From NCBI GenBank assembly GCA_028023455.1, contig JAQFVV010000006.1, positions 1,674,001 to 1,738,000 on the forward strand: a DNA stretch of 64,000 bases. Reading direction: 5' to 3'. This DNA is from Epiperipatus broadwayi. Taxonomy: Eukaryota; Animalia; Onychophora. Each line of letters begins with the position of its first letter. Positions within the stretch are counted from its first letter, which is position 1. Positions 39,921-51,374 of this stretch are shown piece by piece. A model generated the notes under the pieces. It did not search any database and was not told where the DNA came from. It saw nothing but the letters and a program-made list of their open reading frames with translations. Both the position numbers and the translations under genes were made by a program.

Positions 39921-40417
39921 TTATTCATATATGTACTGAAGTTGAAGTTATATGTATCTAAAAAGATATTTCATATAAAAAAGAGGGATGGTGTTGAATT
40001 ATGCCATGTGGTTCGCATATCATTAAAAACATATTAATCTTTAACATTCTTTAAAGTTTATGTCTTGACTAAGATTGGTATGTTAATCTCTAGTTTAATA
40101 AGTGATTAGTAATAATTAGTAATGAATTTATCTGAAAAGGATTGTCTTAAAGATATGAATGTGGGAAATTTGACTGTAAATCAAACTGTAATAATTTAAT
40201 CTTGATAAATGCTGAACGAATGATGACATGCATAAGAAATTAAGATCTAGGTCCACTGAAATTCAGCATGAAATGCATTTTGTGGGGTCAGATGTCTAAT
40301 CATATCTTTTAAGAATGTGTAGTGGAATCAAAGTTCTAAGTATTTCCAAAAAAGATATCGCCCATGGGAAAGAAGACACAAAAAAAATTACTCTAGTGTT
40401 TATGATTAATTAAATAA

Positions 40418-40610
40418 CAGACGAAGGCCACAAGCCAGCAACTAGTCTGGGGATATTGGATGAGTAGGCACTGGATAGGGATTTTATGCACAAGCCTTCT
40501 GGCATCCATTGATTACTCAGGCTTGCACTGAGTGGCACTACTGTATGGAGAGTTTTGCTTGTTTTAATAACCGTTATGAGCGAGCATAAGAAATGGTGAT
40601 CATGTGATGT
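40418..40610 (+). mobile_element. HHR element family C, short copy without inversion, 12-bp TSD
   Basis: TTAATTAAATAA at 40406-40417 and 40611-40622. Begins inside the HHR core and ends at CATGTGATGT. Confidence 0.85.
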
Positions 40611-41299
40611 TTAATTAAATAATGGATATGTTAATCTTTAACTTAGATTTAAAATATATATCTGAGCTGCGAATAAGACAATCATCTGCAACCTAGTAAA
40701 TCATCTGTAACCTAGTAAATGATTAGTAAAAATCGTTAATATATATTGTTAAAATAGATGGCATCTCAGTGATGAGTGCAGAATATATAAATCATAATTT
40801 AAGATTATGTTTGAAATTAGGCATTGCTTATTGGGGAAAACTTCATTCTGTAAAAACTCTACTATAGATATTTATATACGCCACATATGCAAGTTTTAGG
40901 AAAAGATTTAAATACTGTGCATTATGTTGCATTCTTGTGATACAGTAAATATATTACTTTTATATCCACATGATTTAGATACCCAAAATTCAGGGTTATT
41001 AATGTACCCTGTATATTATATTTTAAATGTGAATGTCTATATACTGTAGAGACGCGTTTAACATATATTTGGACATTTGGACTCTGTATACATTTGCCTT
41101 TGTTGTAAATATTAGATTTTATCGACCTTTGATGCTGGTGTAATAAAGATCTTTCACAGAAGTTGTAGAGATGCCTAAAAAGATCAGATCACCTTTTTCG
41201 TGGGTGAAAGATATACGAACATATATTCCAGATTCATCTACGTCAATATTTGCTTTTAAGGGTTAGGATTATACTGATGCTTCAACTGGACCTCACCAA

Positions 41300-42440
41300 T
41301 TGTCTTCTAACTAATAAGGTCTTTTTGGTATATTGCTGAATATCTGATTTTTGGTTTTCAAGAGTCTGCAACATCTTTGAATGATATCTGCTACCCAAGA
41401 AAGAAACGATTTATATATTGCTTTTATAGGTTCGGTCAAGGCATTTGGTTCATTTAATAGAACATTGAATTGGTTGTCCAAAATTTATTCACATTATATG
41501 GTCTTCTACATCATAGAATAAGAGGATGTAGAAAATCTGATGTATTTGAAATAAAAATTGGTGTTAAACAAGATTGTGTACTTGTTCCAACATTGTTTTC
41601 AGTTTTTACGACTAATTTTTGGAATTATTTATAGGCAACTTAATCAAACAGGATCAAAGTAGGATACATGTTTGGTGGTGGAATTTTTAAGTTGAATCGA
41701 TTAAAAATGAAAATAAGAACTTCTTCGATTTTGGTTTTACAGCATGATAATGATTGTACTATTTTTGCCAGTTCAAAAGACAATTTACAGAATATTCTTA
41801 ATGTTTTGAATGCAGTATAAAGACTTGGGTTTATTAATTAATGTTCAAAAACTTCAAGTTTATCAACCAGTGACTGAAGCAAAATCCCCAGCAACTTTTA
41901 GATTGGATGGTTATCGATTTGAGGATGTAAATCAGTTTAAATACCTTGGTGGATGTAGATATTAAGATATAACCCAGACTCCAATATGCTCTTGCTTTAA
42001 AATCTGTATATAGAGCTGCTATTTTATCTAATTTATTGTATGGAAGTGAAGCTTGGACACTAATGGCACAATACGAAAACATTAGAAAAAATGGTATTAA
42101 AGGATAACTCATAAAATTTTTAAAATAGAAATGGCAAAATCATAAAGATTAATCAATTTTCTGTTTGCTGGATGCCATACTATTGGGTTCACTACTGTAA
42201 AATCATGTCTTCCTTGGATTGGACAACTAAAATGAATGAATAATGGAAGACTTCCTAAGAGGGTGTTTTATGGTGAATTTTATGGGGAAAGTTAGACCCT
42301 ATCTCCATTGTCAGGCTTATCTTAAAAACATTCTAAAGAAATGCAATGTTAATTGTTTCTATTATGAAGATATTACAGAGAATAGAATACATTGGAGAAC
42401 TATAATTGGATATAGTATTGAAGTATTTTAGAAAGAAACA
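41300..42440 (+). pseudogene. RTE-clade LINE reverse transcriptase, heavily decayed
   Basis: LYIAFI, IGVKQDCVLVPTLFSVF, GGIFKLNRLK, NLLYGSEAWT, KYLG and LKNILKKC..ENRIHWR, with many stops and frameshifts. Confidence 0.85.
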
Positions 42441-45119
42441 TTTTCTGCTGAAGAAATTGAGAAAGGTATTATAAAATATCAAGTAAACAAAAAAAAAAAA
42501 AATGGAGAGCATGTTCTATATATGGATGTATTTGTAGTTTTTGGTTATGTAGTCATTGCTATACTAGTTTATGGTTTCTTTTGTTCTCTATTCTCTAATG
42601 CCCTTTGCTTCCTCAACTTATGAGAGATAGCACTGATATAGATTAAATACAATAGGATGCTGGTCCTGACGTAGGAGTTGAAAATAAGCTGTGATGTGTA
42701 ATTTTGGACTTTGTATTCATTGTTTGTAATGTTTTAAGAAGGTTTTTTCTTTTCAATATATTCTATTGTCATCCTAAGTGACTATCTATTTGTTGGTCAG
42801 TAAATGGGTATGTGCATATTCTGAGCTATTAATGAAATTATTAAACCATCGCTATCTGATGATGGTAGATCTTTTTACTCTCTCTCTCTGTGTGTGTAGA
42901 GGTACTGCAATAGGTGATTTAATAATAGTTTCACGATTTACCTGTATAATTTATATATATAATCTTTAAGTTAATTTTTTAACTTTATTGCAGTCAGAAT
43001 GCCTTTATTTGATTAAGTAGTGATCACTGTGACCTTAAATCCAATTAGTTACCTAGTGAGATTTAGTGACCGTTGTGACATTCTAATCTGCATTTGTAAG
43101 AGATTTATTCTCTTTAACTTTAGCTTTAAAATTTAATTTATTTTTTAATCTATTGTAGGTACTTTAATAAAATCAAAGGTTTAGTTAGCAGATATTCTTT
43201 TTTAAAGTGATTTTTTACAATAAATAATAAATACTCATGGAAGAAAACAATTGGAAAGATAAATACTTAAATTAGGTTAATAAATTGAAAATGTTTGAAA
43301 TATTATAAATAAATAAAAAAAATGAGGCAGCAATCAGAGCTGTTTCTAATAATAGATCATATAATTTTTCAGCCCCCACAGTATTTGATAAAACAGAAGC
43401 AGTCCTCTATTCTAATGCCATCTATTGTAAAGCTGAGTTATGAGGATTACCAGATGCCTTATTGCATTTTAAATTAATAAAGACAAAAGCTATAAACTGG
43501 TTTGGATATGGGGAATTAAAATGCTTAGAATACCTGATAATCATTGATTATTCACATGTATGATAGATAATATTAGATTATAGAACTGCCATTTTTTATT
43601 TTAAGGATAGGAACTGTGGGTGAGATGCGGCCCGCAATGATATTGAATCCAGTCCTCTGCATGAATAGACAAAAGCCATACCCTAACAAATTATTAGAAG
43701 ACTAGACAATAAAAATATTTACAGATTTTAGTTTTATCTGTAATCGATTCTTATTTAGGTCATTAGTCAAACAGTAATTTTTAAACCTTGCGATCTCATA
43801 AAACAATGCCTGCATGGAATCTTCTGACAAATGTAATCCGTCAAATTTCATAAATAATGACGAGGAACTTTTTTTATTACAAAATGGCAATTTGTAACTA
43901 TATTTTAGTAGAAATAAGCAAACTCATTTATGTTTTTGAAGCAAATCAAGTTATTTGCAAAAGTGACAAAACTAAACTTATTTTTTACAAAATGGCGACT
44001 TGTAACTTTATTTATTGAAAATAAATGAACACATTTTTGCGAGAAATAATGTTGCAACAACTAAATTTTTAGCAATGTATATTTATGCCAATATGAAAGA
44101 AAATAAAAAAAAAGATTGTTTCTTACAATTACTTGGGTGGACTAAAGTTTTTATGTCTTTCAAAATGCAAATGAAAGCGTAGCTATGATTTACATGAAAT
44201 GTTCTTATTCGGAAGCTTGCAAGTTTTCACTTTTATAGAATTATGTGTTTTTTCTTGGAATGGCACACTACATGCACAGACTTCTGCTAGATCATTATTC
44301 CAGTCTATCACTATCTTCTGAAAGTGATGGACTTATCGTCCTCAGTAATGGGCAGTCCCCAAATTTTAACCAATCATATCTTTGGATAAAAATGTTGCTA
44401 AAAAAAAATCACTCCAGGAATCAAAGCTGGACAGTGAATCATTTATAATATACAGCTTATTTTCACCAGATGATCGATTAATCATCCCAGCATTCTTTAA
44501 ATCCTAAAATTTGCAGAGAAACCAACATTTTGAGTAACTACTTTCTCCTGATCAGAACATTATGTAATATTCAGTTAAAAAGTTATTTATTTTTTTCTTT
44601 ATAAGATTATAAAATGTGCTTAATTTGATGTTTATTCACACATTTGTTTGTGCCTTTGATCACAGCAGGTCTAACCAGTAAGTAATTTTACAATTTTTTA
44701 AAATATAACACTTTGGTAATTCAAATTATTTAACTTTTATTAGATTCTGAATTGTTTATTGAATCATTTAATTTATTTTGTCCCACATAATGATAAGAAA
44801 ATTTCATTCTGCCACTGACAAAAAAGATGCCTTCCCTTGTTTTATAATATGTTTCATTTTGTACAATGTATATTGCTATGTTTAATTCTAGTCCAAATTC
44901 CTCTCTCTCTTATTTGAAAGACAACTGGTAACAATTTTGCTCATATTTGATCTCTTCCGATTCAATTATAAACTTGTCTATTCATAAATACAATTTCTAC
45001 ATCCTACTTCAACCACTTTTAGCAATATTTTTCTATGCAATTTATGTTTTGACTGTTTTGCAGTCTTTCCCCAAACCACTCTTATTTCAATTTCTTAAAA
45101 AAAATTCCCAAAAACAACA

Positions 45120-45240
45120 ACAAAGAAACATACAATCTGTTGTTTCGACTGTGTTTTTTTGGAAATTTTTTAAGAAATTGAAATAAGAATGACTCTGAGG
45201 AAGGCTGTATGACAGTCAAAAACAACAGATTGTGTGTCTA
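45120..45240 (+). mobile_element. Decayed HHR with short inverted arm
   Basis: CUGAGGA-A-GGCUG-UAUGA-CAGUC-AAAAAC at 45195-45223. The inverted copy near 45130-45150 keeps CAGUCGAAAC. No UH triplet. Confidence 0.4.
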
Positions 45241-45689
45241 TGTTTATACAATAAGGTGTAGAAATTATATTTATATTAAATATTACAGCAAAATAAAGGA
45301 AGTGGTGGGTTTTAATGATATTTGTGAATTGTGTATTCATAATAATTGCTGAATGATATTTCTTATTTGAATTTCATTTTTAAAATGGAAATAAATTTTA
45401 GTTGAGACATAGTAAAAGAATGAAAATGTGTCTTAAGGTTTAAAATTAAATTTATTATTATTGAAATTCCACAAAAATGTCTTCACTGCTTTATTGCAAT
45501 TATATTATTACAACTTGTTTTCTTAAAACCAAATATTTTGAAATAAAATCTGATTGTAATCACATAGCTTTTTTGGTTTACAATTAATATATTTTATAAG
45601 CTACAATTTTTCTTTTGGAAATTTTCAAACAATGAAATATTCTAAAATTAGTTCGGTGCCAGAAAATCTATCAATCAGTATTATTGTTT

Positions 45690-46153
45690 AAAAAAAAAAC
45701 ATGATCTGTGACTCTTATTTTGACTATTTATAGTCTCTTCCATAAGTCTTATGCAATTTTATATTGCCAAGACTACTAATATATGGTATGGCTGAAGATC
45801 TATCAGACCCATATAGCTATTTGAGTTGGATAGCTGGGTTTGAAGACATGTAGGTGTCTGAAAATTTCAGATTTCCCACTCAGTAGATAACTTTTAGTTA
45901 AATGCTTGGCTTTGGGTTGATATTTTTAGATCTAGTGTCTGAACCTACCCTGACACCTCTCTGAGGAGTGCCAAAGCACGAAACCATGGTCAGGGGTTTG
46001 GGGAGGAGTTCCTGACAGAGATATTTTAAGTGCTGGCTCTGGCTAAGCATTTATCATAAAGCTTGTAGAGGAATTGGCAATCCTCTTTGTTTTTATAACT
46101 TACAAGCTTAAGAGATAGGGTCACATGATCTATGACTCTTATTTTGAGTATTT
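45690..46153 (+). mobile_element. HHR element family B, full monomer (424 bp) with ~30-bp redundancy and 13-bp TSD (1 mismatch)
   Basis: CATGATCT(G/A)TGACTCTTATTTTGA at 45700 and 46124. AGTATTATTGTTT (45677-45689) versus AGTATTACTGTTT (46154-46166). Confidence 0.85.
45941..46011 (+). ncRNA. Intact minimal type I hammerhead ribozyme (family B), predicted GUC cleavage after 45991
   Basis: ACCUCU-CUGAGGA-GUGC-CAAA-GCAC-GAAAC-CAUG-GUC-AGGGGU; core and stems II/III identical to the 24364 copy. Confidence 0.85.
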
Positions 46154-46296
46154 AGTATTACTGTTTGTTTCTTGGTATTATGATACAATCAATAGGATAT
46201 TGTCAGATTTGCTTTCGTATTTAAATTTAAGTGGTATTTATAAGCTCTGTATGATACTGACACAATGATTTCTACGCAAGAAAAAATACGTAGTAG

Positions 46297-46585
46297 CAAA
46301 TGTCACATGATAGCATTTTCTAAGCTTACACATGCTATTAAAACAAGCCACAAACTCTCCAGACAGTAGAAGTAGGATTGCACTTGATCCTAAAATCTAG
46401 GAGCCGGGTGCTCGGATCCGAGGCTCATCACAGATGGAAGCCACTAGCTGAAACTAGTCTGAGGATATTGGATGAGTGGGCATTAGATAAGGCTTTTACG
46501 CACAAACTTTTTTGCATCCATTGATTACTATGGCTTGCACTGGACGACTCTACTGTATGAAAAAATTGTCAGTGTTAAGTAGTTA
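46297..46585 (+). mobile_element. HHR element family C, diverged copy with ~70-bp inverted 5' arm
   Basis: Inverted CACATGAT..AAACTCTCCAGACAGTAG, then sense segment with GAAACTAGTCTGAGGA. TSD not found. Confidence 0.7.
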
Positions 46586-47700
46586 GAGAAATTGCTTGGA
46601 TGAATGAGAGAAAAAATTGATAAGTGAAGCAAAAAAAAAAGACTGGTAAAGAAATTAACAGTGTTTTTATATAATAAATATGATGTAGCAAGAATTGTAT
46701 GGAAGGGAGTGGGCAGTAATAGGGTTAACTTATGGTAATGATGTGTTATGTGTTAGTAAAGGGGTATTAGATTACTTAAAAAAAGTACAAAGAGAAGTAA
46801 GAAGACATGCATTAGATGCTGGATGGCAAAGGAGGCAAATCCTGGAGAAATGGAATGGTCATGTTTTTACTGAGATGCAAAAAAATGTTCGATCGATTGC
46901 AATTTATGGATAGTAAGTGAATAACCAAAATAATATTTAACTGGGTTACAAGTAAACGACAGGCAACAAGATGGCTGAGAAAGGTAGGGTAGTATGCAAA
47001 AGATTTGGATAAAGATTTTATGTCAATATACTTCTACAAAAGATGTCATGATTGTGTTAGGAGAATTGTTGAGCGTTAAAGTGGCAAAGAATGGAATAGA
47101 AGAATAGCTGCATTAATAAAAAAAAAATAGGGAGTTGGAGAGATGGAGAACTAGTATGGAGAGTAAAAAGATTTTAAATACATATAGAAGTAAACAAAAT
47201 TGGGTGGGTGTTAATTTTACAATAATCGCAAGGAATGTAATTTACTGTTTAAGGCTTGAACAGGATCATTAGCAACATGGGGATATATACATAAATGGAG
47301 GAATGTGGGAGATTTAGTCTGCAATTACGTAAGGAAGGCATGGAAAATATTAGGCATCTTTTAATTGAATGTAAATGCTTACAAGCAGAAAGGCTACAAA
47401 TAATGAAGTTGCCGGAGAATAAATATAAACAAAGTGATTATACAGAAAGTGGGTTCTTGGTTTTATGCTGGGTTTGGAAAAAGATAAGAGGGATCTAGAT
47501 ATAACGATCATAGAGTGGACAAGGATAATTTTGTGAAATGGGATAGAATAGGATAGAGAAGAATATGGTAAAAACTTAGAGTGGGGAATGGAATGGAAAG
47601 GGAAGGTAAGTTGGCTAATAGGTTTCTCTAGGCATAGTGGCTGTGAGTTTCATGACTCTGATAAAGGAGAAGCCATAGTGCATCACATTGCATTGCATTG
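46585..47700 (+). mobile_element. LINE family L, decayed 5'-truncated copy
   Basis: Colinear with ~3320-4430 (GLTYGNDVL, CCHC region, 3' UTR, CATCACATTGCATTG tail), with several frameshifts. Confidence 0.9.
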
Positions 47701-47899
47701 TTTTAACCATAAATGCAAAGTTATAGATAGCTGTAAACTAACAAAGAAAACTTGAAACAGTATCAGTTCCAAAATTATACCCCAAAATTAACAACAGTTG
47801 AAATTCATTTTAAAAAAAATTAAAAGCTAAAGGAAAGATTCAAATGTAGATAAAATTAAAGGAAAGGGCATATAAAGCATATTGTGTTAATCTACTAAA

Positions 47900-48520
47900 A
47901 ATAGATGTCAAAAAAATTTTGTAATCTTAGGATTAATTAAGAAAAAAGAAAGATAAATCCCCTGACTACTGACAAAGATTATTCCAGAAGTAAAAAATAA
48001 ACATGTGTTACTGACATTAAAACAGGCTAAACTCTCCATACAGTATTGCCATTCAGTGCAAGCTAGAGTAATTAATGGATGCCAGGAGGCTTGTGCATAA
48101 AATCCTCATCTAGTGCCTACTCATCCAAGATCCCCAGACTGGTTTCTGGCTTGTGGTCTTCATCAGTGAGGAGCCTAGGATCTGAGAGCACTGCATCTAG
48201 ATTTGCATAAGAAATGGTGATCATGTGATGTTTATTGCCTGTTACTGACATCATTGAAAGAATTAAGAGACTTTAGTGGAGTTGGGCTAAATATATCGTT
48301 AGAAGAGATGAAAATAGATGGACAATTGAAATCATAAATGGAATTCCAAGAGATTGTAAAAGATCTAGAAAGGGACCCCATGTGAGATAGATGGATGAAA
48401 TAAGGCAGTGTGATGGAATAATGTGGAGAAGATAGCTAGTGATAGGAGAAGATGGATTGAACTGGAAGAAATCTTTGTCCTGCTGTGGATTGAGAATGGT
48501 TGAAAATGATGATGATGATA
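47900..48520 (+). mobile_element. RTE-clade LINE 3' fragment with (GAT)n tail, interrupted by a family C element
   Basis: VTDIIERIKRL*WSWAKYIVRRDENRWT..WRRIASDRRRW..LLWIENG*, then GATGATGATGAT. Confidence 0.8.
48018..48239 (-). mobile_element. HHR element family C, short copy with ~37-bp inverted arm and 12-bp TSD
   Basis: TGTTACTGACAT at 48006-48017 and 48240-48251. HHR on the minus strand at ~48130-48172. 48203-48239 is in the opposite orientation. Confidence 0.9.
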
Positions 48521-49513
48521 ATTAGCAACTAATCTAAAAAAGAAAATATTTTAGGTGACTTTAGTTGCATCTTACCCAAACCATAAATCTGTAGATTTAA
48601 GAACTATTTATAAGGTCATATTTGATCTTCTTTATCATTTTATATGTAATAGCTTTTTATATTCTATGTATGCTATTGTATAAAAATATATGCTATATGA
48701 GATATGTAAATTTGCTTGCTATTAATTAAAATAGTAGAACTAATTTAAGTTGCCTATTTAACTTATTAAATTAGTTATGGAGAATAATGACAACAAAAAT
48801 TAGATCTATATGTTGTCAAATAAGAACAACTGATTCTAATTTGTCTAACACCTTAACCTTAGAGGCTATACAAAAGAAAATAGGCCCAGTTGATTAAAAT
48901 TTTGGATGAGAGAGTTTTTTTTTAGAAAAAGGAAATACAAATTTAAGGCACTTGAAAATTTGAAAATGTTAGGACATCCAAACATAAGAGAATTTAGCAT
49001 TAGCAATGATAGCATATAGCCACAATACTTGAAACAGTACCTGTATGAAACAAAAACATAAAATATCAACTCGGCTGTGACTAAAGATATTGGTTTAATG
49101 AAAATATTATGCAATTGGAATAAGCCGGATGAACTTATCTATGCCGAAGTGAATGGAAATTTAAGGAGCTATATCAATAAGTGCCATGTTACTAAACAAC
49201 ATTTCAAGTAAAGATGACAAGAAAAGGGAAAGAAGTTATCGGTTCTGATTTGATACTCAAGAGATTTAATAAAATCTTTTATCTTTTTAAAGATTTTATA
49301 TAATAGGTTCTTTGTGATTAATTTATTTGAGGTACATCAGAAGATGAACTTTATGAACAACTATTAGCAAAAAGTAATTTGAACTCGTAGAGATAACTGA
49401 AATCGGGCTAGCTTATGAGTTAATCTTAGATGAAATGGGAATTGCTAATTCCGATATATATGATTTCAGAGAAAATTGAAATGGAAAATGGTAGCAGATT
49501 ACTCTTTTTGTTA

Positions 49514-49601
49514 CATATGTCAAAGTGTTGACCGGGAGGTGAACCCGGGCCAGCTGCCTGGAAGGCAGCTAAAGCTATGTTAACCACTAGGCCACCAATG
49601 C
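49514..49601 (-). mobile_element. tRNA-Gly(TCC)-derived retroposon or pseudogene
   Basis: Minus strand GCATTGGTGGCCTAGTGGTTAACATAGCTTTAGCTGCCTTCCAGGCAGCTGGCCCGGGTTCACCTCCCGGTCAACAC, then TTTGACATATG. Acceptor stem broken, 6-nt insertion. Confidence 0.8.
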
Positions 49602-49979
49602 TCATTTTTATAATATCAAATAACAATTTTGAAAATAATTACTGGAAAAATTAAATTTAAATCAAGTGTATCAATCTAAAATAATAGAGGAAACATGAAA
49701 GGAAGCGAAATCAAAATGATGACTGCAGTAAAAATCCTTGAACAAACGGGATTTCATAGGAAGTTCGAGCACAAGTCCTGTAAGCATAAGAATCGATTCT
49801 GGCACCTCCCAATCCCATGTCAGACCTGCTACCAACTACACAAAATGTGCAGGGCATTAAATAATAGAAATGTGATGTTAAAATTGTATAACATAGAGAA
49901 AAATATTAATCTGATAGTAGGACATGAATAGATTAAGCCTCTAGGGATAGAGTTAACATAATAAAAAAATATCAAAACT

Positions 49980-50830
49980 GAAGCGGAAATGAAATTAATA
50001 TTTCAAAATTTATTTTCAACAGAATTAGATGAAACAAATACTTCTCCGGTGAAATTAATGATGACTGACTATGCTAAACTAATTATTGGATAAAGCTAGT
50101 AAGTTTTCATTTGTTGTTAAAGAAAAAGCTAAAGATATAATATGGGATTTGGAAATGAATGGATTATTAAGTCCTATGAAAAAATCTGAATAAGCAACAT
50201 CTTCAGTAACTATAGAGAAATTAAATCGAAAGATAGAAATATTTGGAAATTTATTCTGAAAAAGAAGAAGAAGATCCATATACAGTATCTAAAGTTTGAG
50301 AAACAGTAGCTTGGCTTCAGAATTGTAGTTACTTTGCAAAGCCAGGTTTGAAATTGTCTTTTTATCAAATTCCTGTAAGTAGTTACTTTACAAAGCCAGG
50401 TTTGAAATTGTCTTTTTATCAAATTCCTGTAAGCAAAGAATCATCAAAAGTACATTAATTACACATGTTGGACTCTCTAAATATAATCATCTACATTTCG
50501 GAATAACTACAACACCAAATATATTCCAGGCTAAGATCAAATACACTTCTAAGAAAAGTAGCTGCAGTAATTCCATACTGCAATAATATGTTGATCACCA
50601 CAACATTAGATGAAGAATCCAAACACCAGATTAAAAAAGTATGATGCTAAATTAAACGCCCGAAATTGCATATGGAAAATGCACAAATTAGAATTCCTAG
50701 ATCGTGTTGTATCATAGAAAGGAATTATGGTTATTTACCGAAAAATGAGGGCAAAAACTCCCAGACTTCTAAAGCAGTCAAAGAATTACAAGCATTTTAG
50801 ACCTTGTAAATTCTTTTTGAGGGATTTTTA
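49980..50830 (+). pseudogene. Ty3/Gypsy LTR-retrotransposon reverse transcriptase remnant
   Basis: SE*ATSSVTIEK, YFAK..LKLSFYQIPVSKES, THVGLSKYNHLHFGITTTPNIFQ, LEFL and VKELQAF. In-frame 54-bp tandem duplication at 50325-50432. Confidence 0.8.
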
Positions 50831-51374
50831 AAAGAAAGGACACATATCATGAGTATTATGATATGTTAAGAAAGAATCAAAAGTAAAACTGGACAAACCA
50901 CAAAAAAAGAGCTTGAAGCATATTTTACATAGTGATAACTCTGTTAAATAAATAGTTGAATGATTTATACTCAGCAATTTGAAAACTGAACACCCGAACT
51001 GATGAAATTGAAGTGCAATCTATGGATCTTGAGCTTTCAAGTCTGCCATGCTGTCATGGGCTAAATCATGCAGCACCATAATGAATTCTGCACACTGCAT
51101 ATAAATTACAGCCTTGTTTATAGTGTCAAATATCGGATTTGTATGAGAAATGAATTACAATATCTGAAATTTCCTTACTATGAACTAGACTGCAATTTAC
51201 ACGCAGTTTGCATGCGGTATCCATTAAAACTTATGTTTATTGGATTGTTTCACAACATACACTTAATACTATTTAGCTTCAGCTCAGCACACTTCATATT
51301 TAATTATACAGTTTTCCCTACATATTATTAAATATAATTACATTTTAACAGATTTATTGTTATCAGATATTGTT

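Noticed and set aside
49525-49601. Functional tRNA-Gly(TCC) gene
   Set aside because: Two acceptor-stem mismatches, a 6-nt insertion and an altered T-loop. The other three copies are also disrupted.
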